A stretch of 64,000 bases of DNA from an uncultured Lachnospiraceae bacterium (GTDB lineage: Bacteria; Bacillota; Clostridia; Lachnospirales; Lachnospiraceae), in NCBI GenBank assembly GCA_947630005.1, contig CANRGB010000001.1, forward strand, positions 5,119 to 69,118. Reading direction: 5' to 3'. Shown in pieces: positions 1 through 10,264 of the stretch. A model generated the notes under the pieces. It was not told where the DNA came from and did no database searches. It was given only the letters and a program-made list of their open reading frames with translations. The first letter of the stretch is position 1; every line of letters starts with the position of its first letter. The translations under genes were made by a program, and so were the position numbers.

Positions 1-301
1 ATTCAAAACCGCGCATCATGACAGGAATAATGTTTTTCTTTTTACGGATTGCATACGCTATTTCCTTGCGAACCCAGTCTTCCGAATTCATGCATCTGTC
101 CAAACCGTCTTTCGGAAGAATGACAAGAACATCCGTACATTCATCAATCACCTGAAATAATCTCTGATTAAATTTTCCTGACCTCAGCGATTCCACATCA
201 AAAAAAACACGATACCCCCGCTCTTTGAGCTGATAGAATAACAGCTGCCCCAGAAATTCCGCGCCGTCCCTTCTATACGAAATAAAAATCTGATAACTCA
301 T
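1..301 (-). CDS. TIR-domain protein (TIR_2-like), 5' part only; runs off the window edge
   Basis: Manual translation from ATG at 301 (RBS AAGGAGG): MSYQIFISYRRDGAEFLGQLLFYQLKERGYRVFFDVESLRSGKFNQRLFQVIDECTDVLVILPKDGLDRCMNSEDWVRKEIAYAIRKKKNIIPVMMRGFE. Shows the FISY box 1, the F-x-D motif, the WVxxE motif and IIPV. Confidence 0.9.
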   Translation of the reverse strand, partial: MSYQIFISYRRDGAEFLGQLLFYQLKERGYRVFFDVESLRSGKFNQRLFQVIDECTDVLVILPKDGLDRCMNSEDWVRKEIAYAIRKKKNIIPVMMRGFE

Positions 302-675
302 CCTGCGCCTCCTTGTCTATATTATTATTCTTTAACATGCGGATCTTTGCTGATCCTCTCCGCCTCGATCACTCTCGGCTTAAGCTCCGGGAACTTTACC
401 TCAAAAGGAATGTCACCCGGATTCCGGATAAAAATACTACATTTTAACTATACCGTCAACACACTGCCGGCATTATTTTACTGCAGAGCCTTAACCATGA
501 ACCGTTCCGTTTGTTGGAACGCATCGTTTTCCCACCCACACAGATGATTTTTTCAGTTTTTTCCCCTCATTGCTGTTCAGAAGCTCCTACTATTTCCGGT
601 ACAGCTGCTGCAGGTTCTCCGGGCGAATCATTCTTATCACACGCTGGATGGTGTCATGGGATGGGACACATATAA

Positions 676-1314
676 ATTAACCTCTGGATCGGTTTCAAGG
701 GCATAAGAGCTGATATGATCTTAAAAAACTGCGGCTTCTCAAAAAACCGCCTGGTGCTTCCGGCCCCTGCCTATGATGAGTACGCAGACTGTTTTGATGA
801 TTTATTCCGGCACGGCGCCTCCGATTTTCCTGACAGCCTTTTCCGTGAATCCATTCTTCTCAAGCTGTTTGCAATCCTTGCTGATCATTATTCCAGACAT
901 GCCTCAGACAATGCATACCGACAAATCGGATACAGCGCCAATCCCTATATAAACCGCTCTGTCGACTACATCAGCAAAATGTACAGGAATGGAATCGGAG
1001 TGTCCGATATCGCCGACAGTGTTGGTCTGAGCCGCGCCCATCTGAATCATTTATTTCAAAAAGAGCTTCATATTTCAATCCAGGATTTTCTGATGAATTT
1101 CCGCATGCAGAGATCTGCCAGCCTTCTTGTCAGCACAGAAAAGTCTGTCAAAGAAATCTCCATCCTTGTCGGATATAAGGATCAGCTTGTGTTTTCCCGG
1201 GCATTTAAAAGGAAATTCGGGATGAGCCCCAAAATTTACCGGGCGAATACCCGGCAGGAAAGTCCGACAGACGCAAAGATGGAGCAAAACGCCTGGGCGA
1301 AAAACTTTTCCTGA
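676..1314 (+). pseudogene. AraC-family regulator, N-terminally truncated (HTH intact)
   Basis: C-terminal AraC HTH (IADSVGLSRAHLNHLF...VGYKDQLVFSRAFKRKFGMSP). In-frame LWIGFKGIRAD upstream of ATG715 looks like the end of the cupin domain, but an in-frame TAA lies at 673, so most of the cupin domain is missing. Confidence 0.65.
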
Positions 1315-1481
1315 ATGAACACCCGGACATTTGGCCCCATTATCGTGACAGGATGTGGGAGACGGTTCTTACGCACAATGCCCATCCTGTCCGGCTCCGG
1401 CTCACAGGATGGGCATTTTTATTTTCACTTTTTTCCTTTGCAGAGAGGTGATGACGCTCACCCGCACCAGGAACATCCTCT

Positions 1482-4400
1482 TTACAGCAGTTCCAGCAGC
1501 TCCTCTCTGCTCATACTGCCAAGCTGTCCGGTCTCCCCGCCGATAATCTGTTCGGCCAGGTCGCCTTTCTTTTCCTGAAGATTCTGGATCTTCTCTTCGA
1601 TCGAGTTTTTCACAAGAAGCTTGTACACCGTGACTTTCTTCGTCTGCCCGATGCGGTGCGCGCGGTCGGTCGCCTGGTTCTGGACCGCCTGATTCCACCA
1701 CGGGTCGTAGTGGATGACCACGTCCGCGCCGGTCAGATTCAGCCCGACTCCGCCAGCCTTCAGCGAGATCAGGAACAGCGGTACAGCCCCTTCGTTAAAT
1801 TCCTTCACCAGCTGCAGCCGTTTTGCTTTCGGCGTGCTCCCGGTGAGCACAAAATACGGAATCTTCGCCTCGTCAAAGCGCTCCTGCAGCATGTCCAGCA
1901 TGGACGTAAACTGGGAGAACAGCAGTACCCTGTGTTCGCCGTCGAGCGCGCTCTGAACCAGATCCACGCAGGCCTCCACCTTAGCCGCCTCTCCGTGATA
2001 ATCCTCAAAACAGAGCTGCGGCGCGCAGCAGATCTGACGCAGCCTGGTCAGCTCCGCGAGAATCTGTATCTTGCTCCGGCTGAATTCGTCGTCGCTCTGT
2101 GAGGCAATGCTCTGCTTCATGTGAACCACCTGGCCATCGTAAAGCTTCTGCTGCGCGGCTCCGAATTTCACATAGCGGATCTCTTCCAGCTTCTCCGGCA
2201 GATCCCGCAGCACATCGCCTTTCAGCCTGCGCAGAATAAACGGGCTTACCATCTTCTGCAGACGTTTCGCGGCCTCTTCGTCGCCGTTCCTTACGATCGG
2301 AATTTCCAGCTCCTTCCGGAACACATCGTACCCGTACAGGAATCCCGGCATGAGATAGTCAAAAATACTCCAGAGTTCGCTGAGCCGGTTCTCGATCGGC
2401 GTGCCGGTCAGCGCGAACCGGATCCGGCTGTTTATCACTTTCACCGCTTTCGCGGCCGCCGTCGTGTGATTCTTTATGTACTGCGCCTCATCGATGATCT
2501 CATACCGGAACAGTCTGCCCTCGTAATACGCGATATCGCGCTTGAGCAGATCGTAGGAAGTCACCAGCACGTCCGCCTCCTGCCAGTGTTCGATCTTCGC
2601 GCGCCGTTCCTCCTGCGTCCCCGTGACCAGCACAACGGAAAGTTCCGGCGCAAACCTCCGGAATTCCTCGCCCCAGTTGAATACGAGAGAGGATGGCGCT
2701 ATCACAAGGGAGACGCCGTGTTCCGCCTGACCGGCTTCCTCCGTCCCGGACAGACTTTCCTGCTTTGCCGCAAGCAGCACCGCGATGACCTGCAGTGTCT
2801 TCCCAAGTCCCATATCGTCGGCCAGGATTCCGCCGAACTTCCACGCCTCCAGCGTCCGCAGCCACTTAAAGCCGTCCTTCTGATATTTCCGCATGATTCC
2901 GGACAGGCTCTCCGGCTCCTCGTAATCCGCGTCTTTTACGGTCTTGAACCCTTTGATGATCTCGCGGAAATGACTGTCGCGGCGGCTGTAGATATCTTCG
3001 TTTTCTTCCAGCATCCGGTCAAGATAGAGCGTGCGGAACATCGGAAGATGCATTTTCCCCCGGATAAGTTCCGCCGGCTTCAGATGCATGGAATCCGCAA
3101 GCTCCGCGAGCGCCCGCAGATTCTGTTCCTCAAGATCCACAAAATCCCCGTTTTTCATCCGGTAGTATTTCTTTTTGAGCCTGCAGCTTTTCAGGATATC
3201 CAGCAGCTCGCTCTGCGGAATGTCGTCGGTCGTGACCGTAAGATCCAGCATCCCTCCCGCGACCGAGACGCCCACCGACACTTTCACGCGCCGGATTACG
3301 CGGCGGTTCAGGAACCGTTTTGTGCAGTGCACTTCGCCAAGCTCCATCAGCCGCTCCGCCCCGCTTTCAAGCACCTGGTACATCCTCTGTTCATCCCCGC
3401 CGCAGGACAGTTCGTCCTTGTCCCAGTCCATCTCCGGAAACCACTGCGACGCCAGAAACAGGATTTCATTTTCTTTTTCCGCGTCCCGGAAGGGAGCCGC
3501 GTCATGCCCCGGAACGGCCGTATCAAACACGGAAAACTCTCTTTTTCCGTACCGGGCATAGATCCGGCAGGTCATATCGTCGTTTTCCGCGTCCAGATAG
3601 AAGGCAAAGGACACCTGCGGCGGCAGATAGGACCGGAGTCTTTCCGAATCTTCCTCCGTGACGTCCACAATATCCTCCAGCTGCGGAAGCAGATCGTAGT
3701 AGAACTGCGCCATATGATTTCTTCCCAGCCGGAAGGAAAACTGATCTTTTGAGGAGAGCTTTGACAGCGGTTCGATCCGCTCTGTAAACTTCCTGTCCGC
3801 GCGGCTGAAGTGTTCTCCGTTGATAAAGTACTTGGAGTCCGTCCCCTCATACATTCGTGGAAGCGTTCCCTGTACGCAGATCCCGTGAAACTCCCGCCCC
3901 TTCTTTGAATCCTCGTCGGCTGTGATCTTCATCGTCACTTTCGGGTTCGCGTCCGCGGCGGACAGCATCGTTTTCGTCTTGACCGGAGCGTCCTTGTCCT
4001 CAAACTCCACCGGCCCGTCCAGCAGTCTTGCGTAAAACTCATCCAGCCTCCAGCCGTACAGATTCAGAAAGCTTCCGACCCCCAGTCCTCCTGATCCGTA
4101 ATAACGCCAGGAGTCCGCCATCCGCTGGGCAAATTCCTGCTCCTCGCGCACAATCTGATTGATAAAGCGGATCCAGTTTCTTCCCTTTTCCGTGAAATTA
4201 CTGATATTATGATTGATCTGCATGGTCGTGCCGTACTGCGCGGTCTCCGAATTCTTCACATTCCAGCAGAACTCATCCAGTTTTTTCACCACATACATCC
4301 GGCTCTCGCCGATGCGGAACGACAGAGTCAGCCTGCCATTGCTCCTGATCAGTCTCGGCTCCAGACGGAGATTCATCCTGCCGGACGGGATGTCGGACAT

Positions 4401-5021
4401 GATCTGGTTCTCATGTTTTTTGTAGAACGTATTCAGGAAGATCATACCCTTCCGGTCCGTCGCGTCCCCGAGACTGTGTGCTCTGAGGTATTCTTCCATA
4501 AAAATAAGAAGTCCCGCCTTATAGGGGCAATTAGCGGACGTCGGATCCCAGGTGTAGTATTCGTTCCGGCATTTCATACATCCGCAGGCAAGCCGCCGCA
4601 CCTTCGACTGTGAAAAGAGCAGCTCCATGGAAAACTCCCGGCCGCCTTCCTTTCCGAACGCGCTCATCTGTCCGAGCTTTTCTTCCGAATTGACCTCATA
4701 CCCTGTGGTGATCTCATTGAGCGCGATCTTCCCCATCGAAAGGAGGTCCCGGCCCCTGTTCTGCATATCCCGGGAAATTCTTATGGATCTGAAGATCTTT
4801 TTTCCGTTAAAATACGTATATTTCTCAAGAGCGCCAAGCCTGCGGTCCGCATCCTCCGCGTCCGCGTCCTCATCCCTCGGATTCTGCGTCTCGGAAAATT
4901 CTCCTTTTCTCGCCTGCCACGCGGCTTCATTTTTCTTTCGTTCTTCCTGATGGCGGAGCCATTCTTTTTCTTCTGTTTCCTCCTGGCCGAGCCAGTCTTC
5001 TTTTCCCCGCTGATCTGCCAT
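1482..5021 (-). CDS. SNF2-family (Swi2/Snf2) helicase/ATPase with SNF2-associated domain
   Basis: GILADDMGLGKT, DEAQ, LTGTPIENRL, LRRLK, SLKAGGVGLNL, DPWWN, DRAHRIGQ. Likely start MADQ at 5021 with GGAGG upstream; the longer ORF-track start at 5252 overlaps the GNAT gene. Confidence 0.93.
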   Translation of the reverse strand: MADQRGKEDWLGQEETEEKEWLRHQEERKKNEAAWQARKGEFSETQNPRDEDADAEDADRRLGALEKYTYFNGKKIFRSIRISRDMQNRGRDLLSMGKIALNEITTGYEVNSEEKLGQMSAFGKEGGREFSMELLFSQSKVRRLACGCMKCRNEYYTWDPTSANCPYKAGLLIFMEEYLRAHSLGDATDRKGMIFLNTFYKKHENQIMSDIPSGRMNLRLEPRLIRSNGRLTLSFRIGESRMYVVKKLDEFCWNVKNSETAQYGTTMQINHNISNFTEKGRNWIRFINQIVREEQEFAQRMADSWRYYGSGGLGVGSFLNLYGWRLDEFYARLLDGPVEFEDKDAPVKTKTMLSAADANPKVTMKITADEDSKKGREFHGICVQGTLPRMYEGTDSKYFINGEHFSRADRKFTERIEPLSKLSSKDQFSFRLGRNHMAQFYYDLLPQLEDIVDVTEEDSERLRSYLPPQVSFAFYLDAENDDMTCRIYARYGKREFSVFDTAVPGHDAAPFRDAEKENEILFLASQWFPEMDWDKDELSCGGDEQRMYQVLESGAERLMELGEVHCTKRFLNRRVIRRVKVSVGVSVAGGMLDLTVTTDDIPQSELLDILKSCRLKKKYYRMKNGDFVDLEEQNLRALAELADSMHLKPAELIRGKMHLPMFRTLYLDRMLEENEDIYSRRDSHFREIIKGFKTVKDADYEEPESLSGIMRKYQKDGFKWLRTLEAWKFGGILADDMGLGKTLQVIAVLLAAKQESLSGTEEAGQAEHGVSLVIAPSSLVFNWGEEFRRFAPELSVVLVTGTQEERRAKIEHWQEADVLVTSYDLLKRDIAYYEGRLFRYEIIDEAQYIKNHTTAAAKAVKVINSRIRFALTGTPIENRLSELWSIFDYLMPGFLYGYDVFRKELEIPIVRNGDEEAAKRLQKMVSPFILRRLKGDVLRDLPEKLEEIRYVKFGAAQQKLYDGQVVHMKQSIASQSDDEFSRSKIQILAELTRLRQICCAPQLCFEDYHGEAAKVEACVDLVQSALDGEHRVLLFSQFTSMLDMLQERFDEAKIPYFVLTGSTPKAKRLQLVKEFNEGAVPLFLISLKAGGVGLNLTGADVVIHYDPWWNQAVQNQATDRAHRIGQTKKVTVYKLLVKNSIEEKIQNLQEKKGDLAEQIIGGETGQLGSMSREELLELL

Positions 5022-5200
5022 GTGTCCGTCCTGGCCTCCTTCTTCATCTTGGTCCGTTCCGTCTCTGCACAATAAACTTCCGTGTCCGCGCTGCGGAGGA
5101 AAGCCCTCCGGACCGCTTCGTGCTTTTTGCGCTCCCGCACTCCTTTGCCGGCATTTTCTCCGGCACATATCTCCAGCGCCGCATGTCGGCTCCGCAGGCT

Positions 5201-5746
5201 TTAATACTCCGTCAGTCCCTTTTCCAGCGTTTTCTCCAGCACATATCTCCAACGTCCGTGGTATATGGCTTCTTTCCGAACCTCATACCCCAGTCCCCGC
5301 ATGTTTGACAGACTGTATACATTATCCGGATGGATCATGCAGAGAAGATATTTCACATCTTCACGCTCGCGGATGACCTCCGCCTCCGCGGCCTCCGCCA
5401 TCCTTCTCTGGAGTCCGTACCCGCGGTATTCTGCCGCGACCGACGCCGTATCCATCATGACCGCCTGCGCGATCTGTTCCGGAGAATAGGACAGGAAATG
5501 CCCGAGATTCTTCTCAGGTTCCGGATAAGTCACGACAAAATAACCCGCGATTCCGCCGTCAGGCGCCTGCGCGACCAGCGTAAATCCGTCTTTTGTCGCC
5601 CTGCCGTCCTCCGATACGCGCTTTCGCATGTACGGCTCATTGTCCTGAATGTACCAGTCCGGATGCTCCGGGTCGGCGGCCGCCTCCATGATGCGCATGA
5701 TCCCCGGAATGTCGGCAGTCCGCGCTCTTCTGATCTCAAATTCCAT
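5201..5746 (-). CDS. GNAT-family N-acetyltransferase
   Basis: IRRARTADI start, V..EYRGYGL acetyl-CoA motif, HPDN..S...GLGY; RBS AAGGAG. Confidence 0.88.
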   Translation of the reverse strand: MEFEIRRARTADIPGIMRIMEAAADPEHPDWYIQDNEPYMRKRVSEDGRATKDGFTLVAQAPDGGIAGYFVVTYPEPEKNLGHFLSYSPEQIAQAVMMDTASVAAEYRGYGLQRRMAEAAEAEVIREREDVKYLLCMIHPDNVYSLSNMRGLGYEVRKEAIYHGRWRYVLEKTLEKGLTEY

Positions 5747-5797
5747 ATGGTTTCTCCTTTTGCATCTTTTTCCCGCCGGGCCGGCGTGTAAACACTT

Positions 5798-7417
5798 TTA
5801 TTTCACCGTGACCTTCCGCTCCCCGCTCCAGCTGCCGTAAACTTTCGTGCTGCCGGACTTGTAATACGCGCGCACCCGCACGTAGTAAGTTTTCTTTGAA
5901 ACCAGGCCGCTGATCTTTCTGCTCAGGGATTTTACCGCAAGTGTTTTTGTACCCGGCAAGCCAAAAGCAGGCTGGAAGAGATCATCCGGATTTTTTCCGT
6001 CCCAGCTCATATTCAAAGTCAGAGACGAGGTATACTGCACCTGATATCCCGTCGCCTTCGCGACTTTCTTCCAGGAGGCGCTGATCGTCTTTTTCGAGGC
6101 ACTTTTTGCGGTGAAGCCGGAAGGCGTGCCCGGCCTGACTGTGACCGCAACTTTCAGAACAGCCGCCTTGCAGGACGGAGTAGCCGAAGCCCTGACCGTA
6201 ATCACCGCTTTGCCCGGAGCCTTCAGCGCGACCTTCCCCGAGGCGGATACCTTCACCACTTTCGTATTGCTGGATTGATACGTCAGTTTCCCGTCCCCGC
6301 TGGTTTTCGCCTTCAGGGAGAACGCTTTGCTGCCGTACAGCTTATTATAAGAGGATGCCCCCGTTGTGATCGTCTGCTCTTTGCGCAGGCTGTTGTCCGC
6401 CGCTTTGCTGATCGAGAAGCGGTAGCAGGTGAGTGCGTACTGCGCGGCGCCGGCGTACTGCTCTGTCCCGTAAATCCGGGCCGTATAGGAGCCGGCACGC
6501 AGATGTATCTTTTTCGACGCGTGTTCAAACGTCTGCAGCCGGCCGATGTCAACGCCGGTCACATAGGAATTGCTGACCGCGGCCGACGGGGTCGGGGATA
6601 CCGTGTGCCAGATGCTCACGTACTCTCCTGTTCCTTCAAGCGACAGCGCCGCGTTATTGTTCGCCCACAGGTCGATCGTGTAATCCCATTCTTCCGGAAC
6701 CGTAAAATGAACATAATGCTCGCAGGTATCCCGGAAATTCTGGAACGGCGTCGTGAGATTAAGCACGCGGTAGCCGTTGTTGACTGCCCCGGAGAACGTC
6801 TGTCCGAGCGTATAGGAAGCGCCCGGCTTCCGGAACAGAGTCGATCCCGGCGCGCTCTGCGCATGCGGAAGGAACCGGATATCATATTGATATGTGCTTG
6901 CAAAACCAGAGCATTTCGAATACAGATCATACGTACCCGGCTCCAGAAACGTCTCAAAGCGCCCATAGCCCGCGCCGTCTCTCTGCGCGTAAAAATGCGT
7001 GGCGTCCCCATCGCTCCCGATCGGAAGGCTGTTCATCCAGGATTTGTCGTCAAAGGGCTCTGACGCCTCTTTCAGATAGGTCATCACCTGCTGCGGACAG
7101 AAGAATGAGGGCACGCTGTCAATCCTGATGTGCACGCAAAGCACGCCCGCGGTTTTTATATCCAGGCGGAGACAGTCCGTATCAAAAAGCGCATACTGAG
7201 AGTTCCAGGGATTGTCGTCTCCGTCCTTCTCATCCGGATGGTAGCTTCCCGTAAAGGTCAGTTCCCCGGCCCCGCCGATCGTGACGCGGTCGGGATCGGA
7301 CGGACGGTTCCCTCCTTCCTTTTCCGAAAAGGACTCCGCGGACACCGCAAGCGGAATCAAAAGAAACATGGCAGCCGCAGCCAGAAGAATTAAAAAGTTT
7401 TTCTTTCCTGTCTTCAT
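5798..7417 (-). CDS. Secreted protein with C-terminal Ig-like (Big_2-like) and fibronectin type III domains
   Basis: Signal peptide MKTGKKNFLILLAAAAMFLLIPLAVSA; TYQSSNTKVVKVSASGKV (Ig-like); WKKVAKATGYQVQY...GLVSKKTYYVRVRAY...YGSWS (FN3). Confidence 0.82.
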   Translation of the reverse strand: MKTGKKNFLILLAAAAMFLLIPLAVSAESFSEKEGGNRPSDPDRVTIGGAGELTFTGSYHPDEKDGDDNPWNSQYALFDTDCLRLDIKTAGVLCVHIRIDSVPSFFCPQQVMTYLKEASEPFDDKSWMNSLPIGSDGDATHFYAQRDGAGYGRFETFLEPGTYDLYSKCSGFASTYQYDIRFLPHAQSAPGSTLFRKPGASYTLGQTFSGAVNNGYRVLNLTTPFQNFRDTCEHYVHFTVPEEWDYTIDLWANNNAALSLEGTGEYVSIWHTVSPTPSAAVSNSYVTGVDIGRLQTFEHASKKIHLRAGSYTARIYGTEQYAGAAQYALTCYRFSISKAADNSLRKEQTITTGASSYNKLYGSKAFSLKAKTSGDGKLTYQSSNTKVVKVSASGKVALKAPGKAVITVRASATPSCKAAVLKVAVTVRPGTPSGFTAKSASKKTISASWKKVAKATGYQVQYTSSLTLNMSWDGKNPDDLFQPAFGLPGTKTLAVKSLSRKISGLVSKKTYYVRVRAYYKSGSTKVYGSWSGERKVTVK

Positions 7418-7604
7418 TTTTATCTCCATTCTCCGCCGGCCGGGCGGTACAGACAATAAATAATCATATCACGCTTTTCCTGAACATAAGCGCATACCTT
7501 TTTGCCCCCATGATGCCGCGGATTTCTCCGCACTTCGTACTCCCGAAATCCTGGTATCATAAAATTTATTTTATCATATCTACTTTTTATATACAATCAT
7601 GTTC

Positions 7605-8450
7605 TTACGGCCTCAGCAGCTGCGCATAGATCTCCCGCTTGGAAACGCCGCGGTCCTTTGCCGCCTGCTTCATCGCCTCTTTCCGGTCCATTCCGAGCGC
7701 CTCATAATGTCCTACATGTTCCTGCACGCTCAGTTCTTCCCATTTTTTCTGCTCCTCGCGGCGGAGCTCCCGGCGGCTGCGCCCCTCCATCACGATCACG
7801 CACTCGCCTCTCGGCTCATTCTGTTCATAGAAGGAAAGCGATTCCGACAGCGTTGACGCGAAGACCGTCTCATGCTTCTTCGTGAGCTCCCGGCAGATTG
7901 TGACCCTCCGTTCCCCGACTGCCTCGTACAGGTCCCGCAGGGTTTTCTGCAAACGGTGAGGGGCTTCGTACAGAATGACCGTCCGCGTCTCCTCCTTCAG
8001 TTCCTCCAGGATCTCCTGCTTCTCCTTCTTATCCTGCGGAAGAAACGCCTCAAAACAGAAGCGCCTCGTCGGAAGCCCGGACAGCGTGAGCGCGGTCACA
8101 CAGGCGCAGGCCCCCGGCAGCGAAGTCACCTCGATCCCCGCCTCCATGCAGAGCCGCACCAGATCCTCCCCGGGATCCGAGATCCCCGGCGTCCCGGCGT
8201 CCGTGATCAGGGCCACGTTCTTCCCTTCCCGCATTTTCTGTATCAGGACATGCGCTTTCTCGATCCGGTTGTATTCATGATAACTCGTAAGCGGTGTCTT
8301 TATCTCAAAATGATTCAGCAGCTTTATGCTGTTGCGCGTATCCTCCGCCGCGATCAGATCCGCCTCTTTCAGAATCCGCACTGCCCGGAACGTGATATCC
8401 TCAAGATTTCCGATCGGCGTCGCGCAGAGATACAGTTTGCCCTGCTCCAT
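7605..8450 (-). CDS. rsmI: 16S rRNA (cytidine1402-2'-O)-methyltransferase
   Basis: GKLYLCATPIGNLEDIT, AAEDTR, DAGTPGISDPG, YEAPHR, RELTKKHE. Confidence 0.96.
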   Translation of the reverse strand: MEQGKLYLCATPIGNLEDITFRAVRILKEADLIAAEDTRNSIKLLNHFEIKTPLTSYHEYNRIEKAHVLIQKMREGKNVALITDAGTPGISDPGEDLVRLCMEAGIEVTSLPGACACVTALTLSGLPTRRFCFEAFLPQDKKEKQEILEELKEETRTVILYEAPHRLQKTLRDLYEAVGERRVTICRELTKKHETVFASTLSESLSFYEQNEPRGECVIVMEGRSRRELRREEQKKWEELSVQEHVGHYEALGMDRKEAMKQAAKDRGVSKREIYAQLLRP

Positions 8451-8522
8451 GACCTGCCCCCTTTCCCAAATATCCTTCGATCCCATAATGCCGCGGATAA
8501 CCGCAGGGAAATGAACCGTAAT

Positions 8523-9260
8523 TTAAAACCCGTACACGGTTCGGACCTCCTCCGTATATTTCCCCGGCTCCTCAAACACGATCAGCGGCCGCTCCACCGT
8601 CATCCTCGGTCTGCCGCCGCGCACCGACTCGATCAGCACCAGGTTCGGCTCCCGGTCCGCGTAAGGGTGCACCATCCGCATCCGCTTCGGCTCCATGTGA
8701 TACTGCGACAGCGTCCGTATGATCTCCGCCAGCCGGAACGGCCGGTGTACCATATAGAATCTTCCGCCTGTGCGCGCCAGATACGCGGCCGCTCTGACCA
8801 CATCCTCCAGCGTGCACAGAAGCTCATGACGCGCGGCCGCTTTTTCCGGGTCGGGATTTGTCAGTCCGTGCTTCCCCGTCATGTACGGCGGGTTCGACGT
8901 GATGACATCAAAAGAAGCCGGAGCAAACAGACTTCCGGCCTCTTTTATATCTCCCTGGACAATTGCGATCCGCTCTTCAAGGCCGTTCAGCGCGACGCTG
9001 CGCCTGGCCATGTCCGCGCTCTCGGGAAAAATCTCAAGCCCGGTAAAATGCCGCCCCTGCGTTTTCGCCTCAAGCAGAATCGGTATGATCCCCGTGCCGG
9101 TACCGAGATCCAGCACAGTCTCCCCCGGCTTTACCCGGGCAAACACCGACAATAGAACGGCGTCCATGCCAAAACAGAATTTTCCTTCCTTCTGTATGAT
9201 CCGGTATCCGTTCCGCTGAAGATCATCGAGACGTTCTCCTTCTTTCAGCTCAATTGCCAT
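8523..9260 (-). CDS. tRNA1(Val) A37 N6-methyltransferase (YabB/TrmN6-like)
   Basis: FCFGMDAVLL, LDLGTGTG, SNPPY, ARHE; conserved position between yaaT and rsmI. Confidence 0.92.
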   Translation of the reverse strand: MAIELKEGERLDDLQRNGYRIIQKEGKFCFGMDAVLLSVFARVKPGETVLDLGTGTGIIPILLEAKTQGRHFTGLEIFPESADMARRSVALNGLEERIAIVQGDIKEAGSLFAPASFDVITSNPPYMTGKHGLTNPDPEKAAARHELLCTLEDVVRAAAYLARTGGRFYMVHRPFRLAEIIRTLSQYHMEPKRMRMVHPYADREPNLVLIESVRGGRPRMTVERPLIVFEEPGKYTEEVRTVYGF

Positions 9261-9370
9261 TCAGCTTCGACTTCCCTTCCTTCTTTTGGCTCAATTGTCA
9301 TTCAGCTTCGACTTCCCTTCCTTCTTTTGACTCAATTGTCATTCAGCTTCGATTTCCCTTCCTTTTTTTC
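9249..9370. repeat. Three tandem copies of a 41-bp unit covering the yaaT stop / methyltransferase start junction
   Basis: Unit CTCAATTGYCATTCAGCTTCGAYTTCCCTTCCTTYTTTT.. starts at 9249, 9290 and 9331, with no spacers. Confidence 0.92.
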
Positions 9371-10264
9371 CAGAGCTTCCAGCTGCTTCAGCTCCTTCTC
9401 CAGCTCCGCGTCCTTCTCTTTTCCTTTTCCCTTGTCTTTGTCCTTGCGGCGTCTCGGCCGGAACCTCAGATCCCTGACGTCATACTCCTGCAGCTCTTTC
9501 TCGTCGTTTACATCGACCAGCACGCGCACCTTCTGGCGCAGCACGTTCACGCTGTGCACCTCTCCCCTGACGCCGGAGGAAGTCGTCACCTGCTCTCCCA
9601 CGCCCGGCAGACGGCTGTTCAGATATTCATAGGTTTCCTCCTCATTTTTAAGGCAGCACATCAGACGGCCGCAGACGCCGGAAATCTTTGTGGGATTCAG
9701 CGACAGATTCTGCTCCTTCGCCATCTTGATGGACACCGGCGCAAATTCGGAGAGGAACGTATGGCAACACAGCGGCCTCCCACAGATCCCGACGCCGCCG
9801 AGAATCTTCGTCTCATCCCGGACACCGATCTGCCGCAGCTCGATCCGCATCTTGAACACCGCCGCCAGATCCTTCACCAGCTCGCGGAAATCAATCCTTC
9901 CGTCCGCCGTAAAATAAAACAGCACCTTATTATTGTCAAACGTATATTCCGCGTCGATCAGCTTCATCTCAAGGCCGTGCTTCTGAATCTTCTCCTGACA
10001 GATCACCATCGCGTCTTTCTCGCGCATACGGTTCTTTCTCGCCTTTTCGTCGTCCTCCGCCGTCGCGACGCGCAAAACCGGCTTGAGCGGCTGGATGACT
10101 TTCTCGTCCTCCACTTCCCTGATGCCGCCCACGACGGTCCCGTACTCCACTCCGCGCGCCGTCTCGACGATCACATGATCCTTCGGGCTGATCCTGTATC
10201 CCCTCGGATCAAAATAATATACCTTGCCCGCGTTCCTGAATCTCACGCCAACTATTTTAATCAT
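9332..10264 (-). CDS. yaaT: Stage 0 sporulation / PSP1-domain protein (YaaT/RicT)
   Basis: GVRF...GKVYYF, FYFTADGRIDFRELVKDLA, CGRPLCC, KISGVCGRLMCCL. Confidence 0.95.
   Translation of the reverse strand: MIKIVGVRFRNAGKVYYFDPRGYRISPKDHVIVETARGVEYGTVVGGIREVEDEKVIQPLKPVLRVATAEDDEKARKNRMREKDAMVICQEKIQKHGLEMKLIDAEYTFDNNKVLFYFTADGRIDFRELVKDLAAVFKMRIELRQIGVRDETKILGGVGICGRPLCCHTFLSEFAPVSIKMAKEQNLSLNPTKISGVCGRLMCCLKNEEETYEYLNSRLPGVGEQVTTSSGVRGEVHSVNVLRQKVRVLVDVNDEKELQEYDVRDLRFRPRRRKDKDKGKGKEKDAELEKELKQLEALEKKEGKSKLNDN

Noticed and set aside
5022-5252. N-terminal extension of the SNF2 ORF given in the ORF track
   Set aside because: It overlaps the GNAT gene and has no RBS; a better start lies at 5021.
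9249-9370. 41-bp repeats as a CRISPR array
   Set aside because: The units are contiguous with no unique spacers, derive from a gene junction, and no cas genes are nearby.
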